The notes: generated by a model from the letters alone, not told the origin. Shown: positions 47,461-61,015, counted from the stretch's first letter. The stretch is DNA of 64,000 nt from Eledone cirrhosa (GCA_964016885.1 OZ024740.1:313038001-313102000), one strand, 5' to 3'. Numbers and translations are program-made.

Positions 47461-47988
47461 ATTTCACGGATAAAAGGTCAACATTCTGAATTCATAAAAA
47501 TGGCACATCTACGGTAAATCTCTAAATTCAGTTAATCTCTAAATTACAACTCTACACCTATATTACTGTAATTCATTGTGATTTTGTTTTTATTCGTTTA
47601 GAGATCAGTTGGGCTTCGCTTTTGTGGATTAAGCCCCTCCAATAATTTGTTTCAATATACTTGTGCTTTGGTTTTTACTACATTAATTTTTTATTGACAA
47701 TAAATATGTTAGCATGATCATGTTTTTAATTTCATTCTTTATCACGTATCGATGATAAAAAGTGGTAACAATAATAATAATACACATGTAAGAATGTATA
47801 TATCTAAGCCCCCAATCCCAAAACCGTAACGGAAATTCTGCACTCATACAGTACATTTGATTCTTGCTTCGAAAGTTGTATCCGTGTTTGTATTTTATCT
47901 GATGAGAGCGTACCAAAGTTTTGGTACCCTTGAAATATATATAATAGAATAAATATGGTTTTATAAATATAGTTTCCATTTATTAATA

Positions 47989-47990
<2 letters not shown>

Positions 47991-48072
<82 letters not shown>
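47991..48072. repeat. (TA)n microsatellite
   Basis: Directly visible. Confidence 0.97.
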
Positions 48073-48073
<1 letters not shown>

Positions 48074-48075
<2 letters not shown>

Positions 48076-48240
48076 CATCATCATCGTTTAAAGTCCATTT
48101 TCCACGCTAGCATAGGTTAGATGGGCTGTCCTATTTGAGGCAAATCGGGTCAGGTGACCATGTCTTGTTCATACAGAACTGTTACTGGCTTGGTTTGTAC
48201 GGATGGATGCTCTTCCAAACGCCAACCATATTTACAGTGT
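48074..48240 (-). mobile_element. SINE/RTE-related repeat fragment with (CAT)n end
   Basis: ATCATCATCATCGTTTAAAGTCCATTTTCCA...GGATGCTCTTCCAAACGCCAACC; recognised only from recall of a common octopod repeat. Confidence 0.45.
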
Positions 48241-48298
48241 GGGATGGGTGCTTATATATATATATGTTCTATATATTCTTATTGTTGGTGTTACCTTG

Positions 48299-48337
<39 letters not shown>

Positions 48338-48364
48338 TCTTATTGTTGGAGTTACTTGTTCGTG

Positions 48365-49150
48365 GCCAATATTTCAGTGTGTCCAGAATCCACGTGAGGG
48401 GAATACAGTCAAAATCCTTCTGATAATCAAGACATGTCATACTAAAACCCCTTTTCACTTCCAGCTGTCTTCAGTTATGGTTTTGTCGATCAGTACCTGA
48501 TCTTTAAAACCATATGACCCTTTAAAGTTTCCTTTTTGCTAGTCTGGGGACAGGCTGTATTTTTGTTTCTAGGTGTTTGGTTAGTTTCTGCAACGATATT
48601 ATTCCAGTTAAGGTCATGTAAGTTATAGGAAAATAGGTTGCGAGCCTTTAGTTTGAGGGGAGAGGGCGTTTGTTGTTGTGCCATTATTCTTGGGAGTCAG
48701 AATGGGTTTCCTCTCTCTTGATGAGTTAGTCAGGGGTATTTCTGGCTTCATTAGCCACTAATTAGATGTTGCTACAACTACCCCACATGTCCCTGTTAAA
48801 TGTTATAACCAGAAGTTTGGGATCTTGTTATGTCCAGGTACCTTCTACTGACGTGTATTTTCTGTGTGTTAGACATTTCTGTTCTTGTGATGTCTTCCTG
48901 TTGTTGTCTAGGCTCTATATTGGTTGTTCTAACCAATCCTGTTTGTGATGGTTCCATTACTGTTGTCTAGGCTCTATATTGGTTGTTCTAACCAATCCTG
49001 TTTGTGGTGGTTCCATTACTGCTCACACTCTTCCCCATAACTTGTCCACTTCTTTTACTTTTGGTGCTACATTGATTTCTCTTTTATTTTTACCTTGTAG
49101 AGTCGTTTTAGGTTGGCGTGAAACTGCTGGTTTGTTGTTGTTGTTATTGT
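48365..49150 (-). pseudogene. R4/Dong-like non-LTR retrotransposon RT remnant
   Basis: Minus strand, across frameshifts, reads PGHNKIPNFWL ... QKGNFKGSYGFKDQVLIDKTITED ... CLDYQKDFDCIP ... WILDTLK, matching the R4-type QKGC.KGSRG.KDQLLID and IDYKKAFDSVPH.W motifs. Confidence 0.7.
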
Positions 49151-49240
49151 TATTGTCCATTTATTTATTTATTTAACAATATTATTTATATTGTCACAAT
49201 ATAGACTCATTTATAAATTTCTGAACTTACAATTCCATAT

Positions 49241-49345
49241 CTTCTTCTTCTTCGCCCACTTATTCTTGAGAGAGTCGGGATGGGGGCAGAGTCCTCAAAC
49301 ACTCCTTCCAGCGGATCCTGTCAGATGCAACCGTCTCTTTAACAT
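49241..49345 (-). mobile_element. RTE LINE extreme 3' fragment with (GAA)n tail
   Basis: Homologous to 62774-62860 (CTTCTTCGC.CACTTA.TC...CCTCAAACACTCCTTCCAG). Confidence 0.6.
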
Positions 49346-49370
49346 TTAAAAAAAACTTGTGTCATTTACA

Positions 49371-49551
49371 ATTGTTTCTACTTTTGGCACAAGGCTAGCA
49401 ATTATCCCAGTGCATTACTGGTACTTTATTTTATCGACCCCATAAGGATGAAAGGCAAAGTTAACCTCGGTGGGGTTTCAACTCAGACCGCAAAGGGCCG
49501 TAACTCTATGCTGCAAAGCATGGCGTCCGACCCTCTACCGATATTGCCAAC
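49371..49551 (-). mobile_element. tRNA-derived SINE (same subfamily as 46155, opposite orientation)
   Basis: Reverse complement of the 46155-46350 copy, including ACTGGTACTTTATTTTATCGACCCC and GGCACAAGG. Confidence 0.85.
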
Positions 49552-51514
49552 GTAAACAACCCAGAATTTCTTTAATAACTCCCAATTTCTCTTTAAATAC
49601 TATATTAAAGCTTAATAAAATTAACAGAAACAGTGAAACGCTAAATCAAATACTTTATAACATACAGTTAAACGACTCTTTCATTCACGAAAATATTGAA
49701 GCCGAGTCAATTGACAGTAACTCGTTATTTTTCTTATAGCTATTGCTTTTGTGCCAGCTGAAAAATAATTTATTGTAATAACCTTATCTTGTTCTTTATT
49801 AAATTCCGTTTTCCTTTATCTTTCAACATACAGAAGCTATCCAATCTACTGTGTGTGTGGTATACAGGTACAACTTCGTCTATAATTAACTGTTTTTACA
49901 TTTTATATATTTCTGGGTATATCTTTTTATTATAGCTTTCATTTCCCTGTTATTGTTAAGCAACCCCCACAATCCATGTATTTACAACCATTATTACATC
50001 CATGCTAAAAGATTTTTAAACTGCTCAAGTATTTCTTTATCACAGGCTTAATTTCTGATTGCTTGTGTACCATCGTGTTTTAACATGCCTGTATATATAT
50101 GTTGCAAATCAATTCTGTTTCCTTGTTTACGCAGTTCAGCTACAATTCTTTGACAACCATAAACATACCCTACTGAGGGAGACTCTACGTTGCTGCTCGA
50201 TCTACTAAAATTAACAATCTAAATCTCTCTGGAATCACAACTTATCGCATTTTTTGGAAAAGCAGAGTAAAGACATATGTATAATGTAGTTCAAATTTAA
50301 ATAAAAGACAAACACAGAAATATAATTACACAGAGTCTTATTGGTTTTACGCTTGTTGGAAAAAAGGAAAGGAACTTTTCAACGTATCAGACTTTAGTCC
50401 TTTATCAGGAAGAGTAAAGTTAGGAGAATGAGGAGGTTGGAAGGTCGAATAATGTAATCAAATATAAAATATGTATACTACATTTCCTTTCATCATAGGT
50501 CTTCTCAATTACATCTGATCTGGAGTTAAACAAGATTAACAAAAGGACAACAACACATAGCAGAGTTGATAGGGTGTCTGAAAGATGGCATAGCTAAAGT
50601 TTGTGGCAGTCTTTGAGTTTTCCCCGTCTCCCATGAAAAACACAATACAATACACAAAAGTGTCCCCTCACAGAAAAAGTAAGCCCCTGAAGTCGACCAC
50701 CTCTCACCCGCTCTAGCTAAGCTACTTTGTCTAACTCCCGACTGAAGTATCGAGGGTTCGTTCTGGCATTGAGTTGTGTCCATAGATACAGAATTTAACT
50801 CTTAACTAGCTTGTGTGTGGGGGTGAGGAGAGGAGTTAGAACCTTCAGCAATAGCTAGCCGTGAGAACATTGTTCAAGGTCGGTGTTGATTGAACAAGTC
50901 TACGATTAACAATATTCCAATTGTGACCATCCCATCGTTTTATATATAGCAAGGGCTACATTGTCTCATGTTTATTATACCTAAGATAGCAGGATGTGAT
51001 TTGATAGGTATTTGGTTGCTATTTATAGCAGGTCGAACGACCACACAGAAGCTCCAATATCACGTAGGGTCTCACAGTAGTTTGCTGTAGTGGTTTGAAA
51101 CAGTGATGGAAATACTATAAATAATACATAAGGACCCTGATTAAATTTTCAGTCAGGGACTCTATGCAAGATTGATCTGTCCCTGGCTTTCTAACAATCC
51201 TACGGGCGTGTTCACATATAATCAAAAGTATCTACAAATTTCTGCATTTAGTGGTGAGTTGCCCAAATTAAAAACATTGAACTTCAGTTATAACAGTGTC
51301 ATCCATTGTTTGGTCTGAGGCTGCTTATTCATCCGGCAGGAGCCCACTTTTATCGCAACAAACCATTATATTTGGTGGCCGTATCGCTGTATACCACCTG
51401 CGACCCGTTCTCTAGCAAAACAGCTCTGTCGAGAAAGCTTTTACAATCCAGCGATGTAGTTATGACACGATGTAGAAAAACTCTCCCAGCTCAGCGATGT
51501 AGAGAGATTGAGAG

Positions 51515-52200
51515 ACAGCATGGAGACAGGAGAGATTGCTTTAATTATAAAGGAATCTTCTCTTTAAGCTTCCCCGGTAAAGTCTGTGTTAAGTGTCTAG
51601 CAAAAGGATGTAGTGATATTATCAAGTTAAAGTTCGCTGACGAACAGTGTGGTTTTCGCCTTGGACGTAGCACAGCCAACTAAATGCTCACTCTACGGCA
51701 GGTCTTCAAGAAATCGTGAGAGTATTCCCAAGAGTTGTTTACTTGTTTCATAGACCTCGAAAAAACATACGACCGAGTTCTTCTGGACTAGTGGAAAGCA
51801 ATCGGCTAGAAGGTTGGCAGGTGTAAAAGCCAAACTTGCGATCTTCACTTTGGTGTAAAAGCCAAACTTACCTCTGGTCATGAATCTTGGGTAATGAACA
51901 ACTATCTTCATATCTTGTATCGGATATAGCTGCATTACGACTGATGTCTAATCAAACCACTATCTGGGAAGACTCGCTTCACATACCGAGTGCGGAAATA
52001 CATTGTTTGAGGTTAATGAAAGAGACATTGTCAGGGCAAGGTACATGAAGGACCATCTGTAGATAAGGGGACCATAAAAAATGTGGTCCTGTGATATGCG
52101 AAGATATCATTCTCGCTTCAGATGATCGTTTTACTGGAGTTGTGGGTCTGGGTAAAGGCCGCTCAATTTGTAAAGATGGGGGAATTCATTTTCTACCTGA
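51515..52200 (+). pseudogene. RTE-type LINE reverse transcriptase remnant, internally deleted
   Basis: GDRRDCFNYKGIFSLSFPGKV...DEQCGFRLGRSTAN*MLTLRQVFKKS*EY...CFIDLEKTYDRV, then LTSGHESWVM; canonical RTE RT motifs with stops. The 3' boundary is approximate. Confidence 0.85.
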
Positions 52201-52340
52201 ATCTTCACAAAGCAGCTATGAATAAATCATTGAATGGTGAAGGTGGAGGGTGTTTTGTAATGTGGAAATGTTGTGGCTAGTAACAAGACACGGTCATAGG
52301 CCGATCCTAAAGAGGCAGAAATTAGTGAAGATTTGGTAGG

Positions 52341-52674
52341 TACCTCCGGGTCTCGAATAATCGCCCCAACCTATCGCTTATTAAATTTTAATAAACTATC
52401 TCCGGCGAAATTTTATTTTAAGTGGTAGCATTCATGTGACAATTAATTTTCTTTATACATTAAAAAACATTATACATGGCAAAAAAGGGTACATTACTAA
52501 AAATCCACACGTTATAAAATACATAGGGTGGGTTGAGGTCTCAATATGTAAACTAAACGACTAATTCTGTTTTTAAAAAAAATCAACGGAGACAACCTAG
52601 AAAAATTACCGATTTTCCACCCCCACTGTTTATTCTAACACCCCCCCCCCCCTATTATTTGGGACCCGAGAGTA
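52341..52674. mobile_element. TA-flanked MITE with imperfect TIRs
   Basis: TACCTCCGGGTCTCGAATAAT versus reverse complement of the right end TACTCTCGGGTCCCAAATAAT (16/21). Confidence 0.55.
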
Positions 52675-52689
52675 AGGAGATCAATGATA

Positions 52690-53190
52690 TTTAGGGTATC
52701 AATGTGTCGTTTATTGATGCATGTAGAAATTTAAGGGTTACAAAAGATTCAATCTCTGCAACGATAGCATTAATGTGGGATGTGTGTAAGAGCCAAGAAG
52801 CGTTGTGAGCTATGATATCACCGAGAATGATGACTTCAAATAGAGGTGAGATGAGATATATGACCTCGATGTAGGGAAATATATACTTGAAGACTTGTTG
52901 ATGGTTGGAGGAGTTCAGATTGGTGTAGAGTAGTGGTTACCAAAGTTGGTTCCGGAAAGGAGTGTCTGGAGTTCCGTAAAAAAAATTAGAGGAGTATATT
53001 TATATTAAGACCATATAACAGTATTAGACTTTGGGGTTCCTCCAAATGTTTCTGAACCCAAAAGGATTCCGCGTTGGAAAACGTTTGGGAAACCCTGCTG
53101 TAGAGAAAGGAGATGTATTTAGAGAGGTTGGTGAAGGAGAATTTGGGTCGGTGCAGATGGATGTCTTTATTAACAATATCAAGGCGAGTA
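52690..53190 (-). pseudogene. LINE APE-endonuclease remnant (CR1/L2-like), interrupted by a hAT MITE
   Basis: Minus strand reads FEVIILGDIIAHNASWL, resembling the APE motif ILGDFNAH..W. Confidence 0.5.
52931..53097. mobile_element. hAT (Charlie-like) MITE
   Basis: Ends TAGTGGTTACCAAA / TTTGGGAAACCCTG; 8-bp TSD GTGTAGAG / CTGTAGAG (7/8). Confidence 0.65.
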
Positions 53191-53499
53191 GGTGAGAACG
53201 TTCTTGCATTCGTCGGTGGCGATTGTCGACAATTGCCACCGACAAATCTGAGAAAGTTCTCCAGGAAAGTTAATCAGGAATCTTTAAAAATCTTCCCACC
53301 GAAGTTAACAAAGAACTTACTAGATCTACCAAATCATAATATTATAAAATTAAATCAAATTATTTAGAACTACAAGTGGAGTCATTCTTTTCCTTTTTTA
53401 AAATATACCTAACTTTACCAAGGATTTCACACATTTTCCAATATATATGTACATATTTATATATATATATATTGGAAAATAAAGACTATTTTAGACAAC

Positions 53500-53720
53500 A
53501 CACGTCAAAGTATATGTCTACCTTGGGTCAAATAATTCTAAGCCTTATCCTCACTGGAAATCTTCATTGGCCAACACACGCCCTCAACATATAGACTGAT
53601 ATTCCTCTTCAAGCTCATAAAATACTTTAGTTCCTAAGAGCTACTAGCCTTCTAAAAAACTTACGTGGAACTGTATCAGGAGTTGCCTCCCTTGTTGTGA
53701 TACTCACATCACCAATAGAT
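53500..53720 (+). pseudogene. Highly degraded CR1/L2-type RT C-terminal fragment
   Basis: LILTGNLHWPTH ... IFLFKLIKYFSS*ELL resembles L.W..H ... GFLFR.RKYFS..LL. Confidence 0.35.
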
Positions 53721-54085
53721 TAACGCTCTCTAGATAGGAAGTAGAACCCTTTCTGTAACTTCCGTTCCAACCCTATAAAGGGAATAACTTTAATCTCCCT
53801 ATCTCTCATAGAACCCTCAATTGAGTACTGTTTCTGTATCAGGGACAGTGTTGCTCCTACACAAACAGACAACCTATACAACATCCAAAGAAAGGACGCC
53901 TGATTCTCATGAAACAATTTTAGTCCTGTAGAAAGTCGCCGAGGAACATAGTCTAACCTCTAGCCCACAGACGTGCTGTCACATACACACACGGCCGGAT
54001 TTATCGGGGGTGGTGACTGCCCTGCTCCCTCTTCAAACAGGGCCCATTCTTCTCTCTCTCTCTTCCTGCTTGTGTGTGTGGTGTA

Positions 54086-54187
54086 TAATTATATAATAAA
54101 CAACACACTATAATTATTCCATTACCTAAGGTTTCATGAAACCTTAGGTAATGGAATAATTATAGTGTGTTGTTTATTATATAATTA
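54086..54187. repeat. Perfect 102-bp palindrome with no spacer
   Basis: TAATTATATAATAAACAACACACTATAATTATTCCATTACCTAAGGTTTCA|TGAAACCTTAGG...ATAATTA, centre 54136/54137. Confidence 0.95.
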
Positions 54188-54248
54188 AATAGCTCTGTAC
54201 TATACATAGAGCACTCTTCTTTCCTTTACCTTTTCTTCGGAAATACAT

Positions 54249-54878
<630 letters not shown>

Positions 54879-55022
54879 AGAGTCGAAGTCTTTGTTGCAA
54901 CATATGTACAAACTTTATTTACATATCACAATTGTTTCGATATCGGGTACAATGAAAGTGATAGGGCTTGACTCTTTTTTCGACATCTCATCAGAGATAC
55001 GAGCTTATATGTGCGAAGACAC

Positions 55023-55030
<8 letters not shown>

Positions 55031-55108
<78 letters not shown>
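55031..55108. repeat. (TG)n microsatellite
   Basis: Directly visible. Confidence 0.97.
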
Positions 55109-55112
<4 letters not shown>

Positions 55113-55169
55113 ATGAGGGACCCACCAAACCTGAACTGCTTCCCCCCCACTCCCGGTTTAAATCTGGTC

Positions 55170-58100
55170 CTGTACACACAAACACTCTCTGAGTGCCCTT
55201 TCTACCGCCACTACAGTGGGTTCTGTTCCTTAGAGTTGGCTCATTTCCTGCCATTCCCATTCAAGCATTGTAGATTCTCCCGTCTCTCGACATCCACAGT
55301 GTCACAACTCTAACCCCAGACCCCGCTCTCAACACCCCCAATGTCACGACTACAACCCCATACTCCACTCTCCCGTCTCTCAACACCCACACTGTCACCA
55401 CTCCAACCCCATACTCCACTCTCCCGTCTCTCAACACCCACAATGTCACCACTCCAACCTCATACTCCACTGTCCCGTCGCTCAACACCCACAATGTCAC
55501 CACTCCAACCTCATACTCCACTGTCCCGTCTCTCAACACCCACAATGTCACCACTCCAACCCCATACTCCACTGTCCCGTCTCTCAACACCCACAATGTC
55601 ACCACTCCAACCTCATACTCCACTCTCCCGTCTCTCAACACCCACAATGTCACCACTCCAACCTCATACTCCACTCTCCCGTCTCTCAACACCCACAATG
55701 TCACCACTCCAACCCCATACTCCACTCTCCCGTCTCTCAACACCCACAATGTCACCACTCCAACCTCATACTCCACTCTCCCGTCTCTCAACACCCACAA
55801 TATCACCACTCCACTTTCCCGTCTCTCAACACCTACAGTGTCACCACACCAATCCCATACCCCACTCTCCCGTCTCTCAACACCCACAATGTCACCACTA
55901 CAACCACATACTCCACTCTCCCGTCTCTCAACACCCGCAATGTCACCACTCCAACCTCATACTCCACTCTTCCGTCTCTCAACACCCACAATGTCACCAC
56001 TCCAACCTCATACTGCACTGTACCGTCTCTCAACACCCACAATGTCACCACTCCAACCCCATACTCCACTCTCCCGTCTCCCAACACCCACAATGTCACC
56101 ACTCCAACCCCATACTCCACCCTCCCGTCTCTCAACACCTACAATGTCACCACTCCAACCCCATACTCCACTCTCCCATCTCTCAACACCCACAATGTCA
56201 CCACTCCAACCCCATACTCCACTCTCCCGTCTCTCAACAGCCACAATGTCACCACTCCAACCCCATACTCCACTCTCCCATCTCTCAACAGCCACAATGT
56301 CACCACTCCAACCCCATACTCCACTCTCCCGTCTCTCAACACCCACAATGTCACCACTCCAACCCCATACTCCACTCTCCCGTCTCTCAACACCCCCAAT
56401 GTCACCACTCCAACCCCATACTCCACTGTACAGTCTCTCAACACCCACAATGTCACCACTCCAACCCCATACTCCACTCTCCCGTCTCTCAACACCCACA
56501 ATGTCACCACTCCAACCCCATACTCCACTCTCCCGTCTCTCAACACCCTCAATGTCACCACTCCAACCTCATACTCCACTCTCCCGTCTCTCAACAGCCA
56601 CAATGACACTACTCCAACCCCATACTCCACTGTCCCGTTTCTCAACACCCACAATGTCACCACTCCAACCCCATACTCCACTCTCCCGTCTCTCAACAGC
56701 CACAATGACACTACTCCAACCCCATACTCCACTGTCCCGTCTTTCAACACCCACAATGTCACCACTCCAACCTCATACTCCACTCTCCCGTCTCTCAACA
56801 CCCACAATGTCACCACTCCAACGCCATACTCCACTCTCCCGTCTCTCAACACCCCCAATGTCACCACTCCAACCCCATACTCCACTGTACAGTCTCTCAA
56901 CACCCACAATGTCACCACTCCAACCGCATACTCCACTGTCCTGTCTCTCAACACCCACAATGTCACCACTCCAACCCCATACTCCACTCTCCCGTCTCTC
57001 AACAGCCACAATGTCACTACTCCAACCCCATACTCCACTGTCCCGTTTCTCAACACCCACAATGTCACCACTCCAACCTCATACTCCACTCTTCCGTCTC
57101 TCAACACCCACAATGTCACCACTCCAACCCCATACTCCACTCTCCCGTCTCTCAACACCCACAATGTCACCACTCCAACCCCATACTCCACTCTCCCGTC
57201 TCTCAACACCCACGATGTCACCACTAAAACCCCATACTCCACTGTACAGTCTCTCAACACCCACAATGTCACCACTCCAACCCCATACTCCACTCTCCCG
57301 TCTCTCAACAGCCACAATTTCACTACTCCAACCCCATACTCCACTGTCCCGTTTCTCAACACCCACAATGTCACCACTCCAACCTCATACTCCACTCTCC
57401 CGTCTCTCAACACCCACAATATCACCACTCCACTTTCCCGTCTCTCAACACCTACAGTGTCACCACTCCAATCCCATACCCCACTCTCCCGTCTCTCAAC
57501 ACCCACAATGTCACCACTCCAACCTCATACTCCACTCTTCCGTCTCTCAACACCCACAATGTCACCACTACAACCCCATACTCCACTGTACAGTCTCTCA
57601 ACACCCACAATGTCACCACTGCAACCCCATACTCCACTGTACAGTCTCTCACCACCCACAATGTCACCACTCCAACCCCATACTCCACTGTCCTGTCTCT
57701 CAACACCCACAATATCACCACTACAACCACAATGTCACCACTCTCCCGTCTCTCAATAGCCACAATTTCACTACTCCAACCCCATACTCCACTGTCCCGT
57801 TTCTCAACACCCACAATGTCACCACTCCAACCCCATACTCCACTCTCCCGTCTCTCAACAGCCACAATGACACTACTCAAACCCCATACTCCACTGTCCC
57901 GTCTTTCAACACCCACAATGTCACCACTCCAACCTCATACTCCACTCTCCCGTCTCTCAACACCCACAATGTCACCACTCCAACCCCATACTCCACTCTC
58001 CCGTCTCTCAACACCCACAATGTCACCACTCCAACGCCATACTCCACTCTCCCGTCTCTCAACACCCCCAATGTCACCACTCCAACCCCATACTCCACTG

Positions 58101-60990
58101 TACAGTCTCTCAACACCCACAATGTCACCACTCCAACCGCATACTCCACTGTCCTGTCTCTCAACACCCACAATGTCACCACTCCAACCCCATACTCCAC
58201 TCTCCCGTCTCTCAACAGCCACAATGTCACTACTCCAACCCCATACTCCACTGTCCCGTTTCTCAACACCCACAATGTCACCACTCCAACCTCATACTCC
58301 ACTCTTCCATCTCTCAACACCCACAATGTCACCACTCCAACCCCATACTCCACTCTCCCGTCTCTCAACACCCACAATGTCACCACTCCAACCCCATACT
58401 CCACTCTCCCGTCTCTCAACACCCACGATGTCACCACTAAAACCCCATACTCCACTGTACAGTCTCTCAACACCCACAATGTCACCACTCCAACCCCATA
58501 CTCCACTCTCCCGTCTCTCAACAGCCACAATTTCACTACTCCAACCCCATACTCCACTGTCCCGTTTCTCAACACCCACAATGTCACCACTCCAACCTCA
58601 TACTCCACTCTCCCGTCTCTCAACACCCACAATATCACCACTCCACTTTCCCGTCTCTCAACACCTACAGTGTCACCACTCCAATCCCATACCCCACTCT
58701 CCCGTCTCTCAACACCCACAATGTCACCACTCCAACCTCATACTCCACTCTTCCGTCTCTCAACACCCACAATGTCACCACTACAACCCCATACTCCACT
58801 GTACAGTCTCTCAACACCCACAATGTCACCACTCCAACCCCATACTCCACTGTCCTGTCTCTCAACACCCACAATATCACCACTCCAACCCCATACTCCA
58901 CTGTACAGTCTCTCAACACCCACAATGTCACCACTCCAACCCCATACTCCACTCTCCCGTCTCTCAATAGCCACAATTTCACTACTCCAACCCCATACTC
59001 CACTGTCCCGTTTCTCAATACCCACAATGTCACCACTCCAACCTCATACTCCACTCTCCCGTCTCTCAACAGCCACAATTTCACTACTCCAACCCCATAC
59101 TCCACTGTCCCGTTTCTCAACACCCACAATGTCACCACTCCAACCTCATACTCCACTCTCCCGTCTCTCAACACCCACAATATCACCGCTCCACTTTCCC
59201 GTCTCTCAACACCTACAGTGTCACCACTCCAATCCCATAGCCCACTGTCCCGTCTCTCAACACCCACAATGTCACCACTACAACCACATACTCCACTGTC
59301 CCGTCTCTCAACACCCCCAATGTCACCACTCCAACCGCATACTCCACTCTCCCGTCTTTCAACACCCACAATGTCACCACTCCAACCCCATACTCCACCC
59401 TCCCGTCTCTCAACACCCCCAATGTCACCACTCCAACCGCATACTCCACTCTCCCGTCTCCCAACACCCACAATGTCACCACTACAACCACATACTCCAC
59501 TCTCCCGTCTCTCAACACCCACAATGTCACCACTCCAACCCCATACTCCACTCTCCCGTCTCTCAACACCCACAATGTCACCACTCCAACCTCATACTCC
59601 ACTCTCCCGTCTCTCAACACCCACAATGTCACCACTCCAACCTCATACTCCACTGTCCCGTCTTTCAACACCCACAATGTCACCACTCCAACCGCATACT
59701 CCACTCTCCCGTCTTTCAACACCCACAATGTCACCACTCCAACCCCATACTCCACTCTCCCGTCTCTCAACACCCACAATGTCACCACTCCAACCCCATA
59801 CTCCACCCTCCCGTCTCTCAACACCCCCAATGTCACCACTCCAACCGCATACTCCACTCTCCCGTCTCCCAACACCCACAATGTCACCACTACAACCACA
59901 TACTCCACTCTCCCGTCTCTCAACACCCACAATGTCACCACTCCAACCCCATACTCCACTCTCCCGTCTCTCAACACCCACAATGTCACCACTCCAACCT
60001 CATACTCCACTCTCCCGTCTCTCAACACCCACAATGTCACCACTCCAACCTCATACTCCACTGTCCCGTCTTTCAACACCCACAATGTCACCACTCCAAC
60101 CCCATACTCCACTCTCCCGTCTCTCAACACCCACAATGTCACCACTCCACTTTCCCGTCTCTCAACACCCACAATATCACCACTCCACTTTCCCGTCTCT
60201 CAACACCTACAGTGTCACCACTCCAATCCCATAGCCCACTGTCCCGTCTCTCAACACCCACAATGTCACCACTCCAACCCCATACTTCACTCTCCCGTCT
60301 CTCAACACCCACAATGTCACCACTCCAACCTCATACTCCACTCTCCCGTCTCTCAACACCCACAATATCACCACTCCACTTTCCCGTCTCTCAACACCCA
60401 CAATGTCACCACTCCAACCTCATACTGCACTGTCCCGTCTCTCAACACCTACAATGTCAACACTCCAACCCCATACTCCACTCTCCCGTCTCTCAACACC
60501 CACAATGTCACCACTACAACCACATACTCCACTCTCCCGTCTCTCAACACCCACAATGTCACCACTCCAACCCCATACTCCACCCTCCCGTCTCTCAACA
60601 CCCACAATGTCAACACTCCAAACCCATACTCCACTCTCCCGTCTCTCAACACCCACAATGTCAACACTCCAACTCCATACTCCACTCTCCCGTCTCTCAA
60701 CACCCACAATGTCACCACTCCAACCTCATACTGCACTGTACCGTCTCTCAACACCTACAGTGTCACCCCTCCAACCTCATACTCCACTGTCCCTTCTTTC
60801 AACACCTACAATGTCACCCCTCCAACCTCATACTCCACTGTCCCTTCTTTCAACACCTACAGTGTCACCACTCCAGCCTCAGATCTCGCTTTAACCATTA
60901 CGTCTAGCCTTATTTCTCCAGAACATCAACCCTCTGGAATTCCCGATCGACCAATATCGCATCCAACTCACCAATTTTATAGGGCCCGGG
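55170..60990 (+). pseudogene. CR1/L2-type LINE C-terminal remnant split by a 5.6-kb internal satellite
   Basis: Left: FYRHYSGFCSLELAHFLPFPFKHCRFSRLST. Right: RSRFNHYV*PYFSRTSTLWNS, matching the FYRYY.G.CS.EL and FFPRT..LWNSLP motifs of CR1/L2-group ORF2 ends. Confidence 0.75.
55276..60880. repeat. Second 51-bp satellite (C/A-rich), ~110 monomers, with 37-bp deletion variants
   Basis: Consensus ACTCCACTCTCCCGTCTCTCAACACCCACAATGTCACCACTCCAACCCCAT; 14-bp deletions between internal ACTCCA repeats (~55805, 57425, 58640, 59185, 60145, 60183, 60375); 1213-bp and 408-bp block duplications. Confidence 0.98.
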
Positions 60991-61015
60991 CTCAATCCCT
61001 TACCCCAGTCAATAC

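Noticed and set aside
55341-60907. Mucin-like or His/Cys metal-binding protein gene
   Set aside because: The ORFs switch between all three frames at deletions, and the flanks are a LINE remnant.
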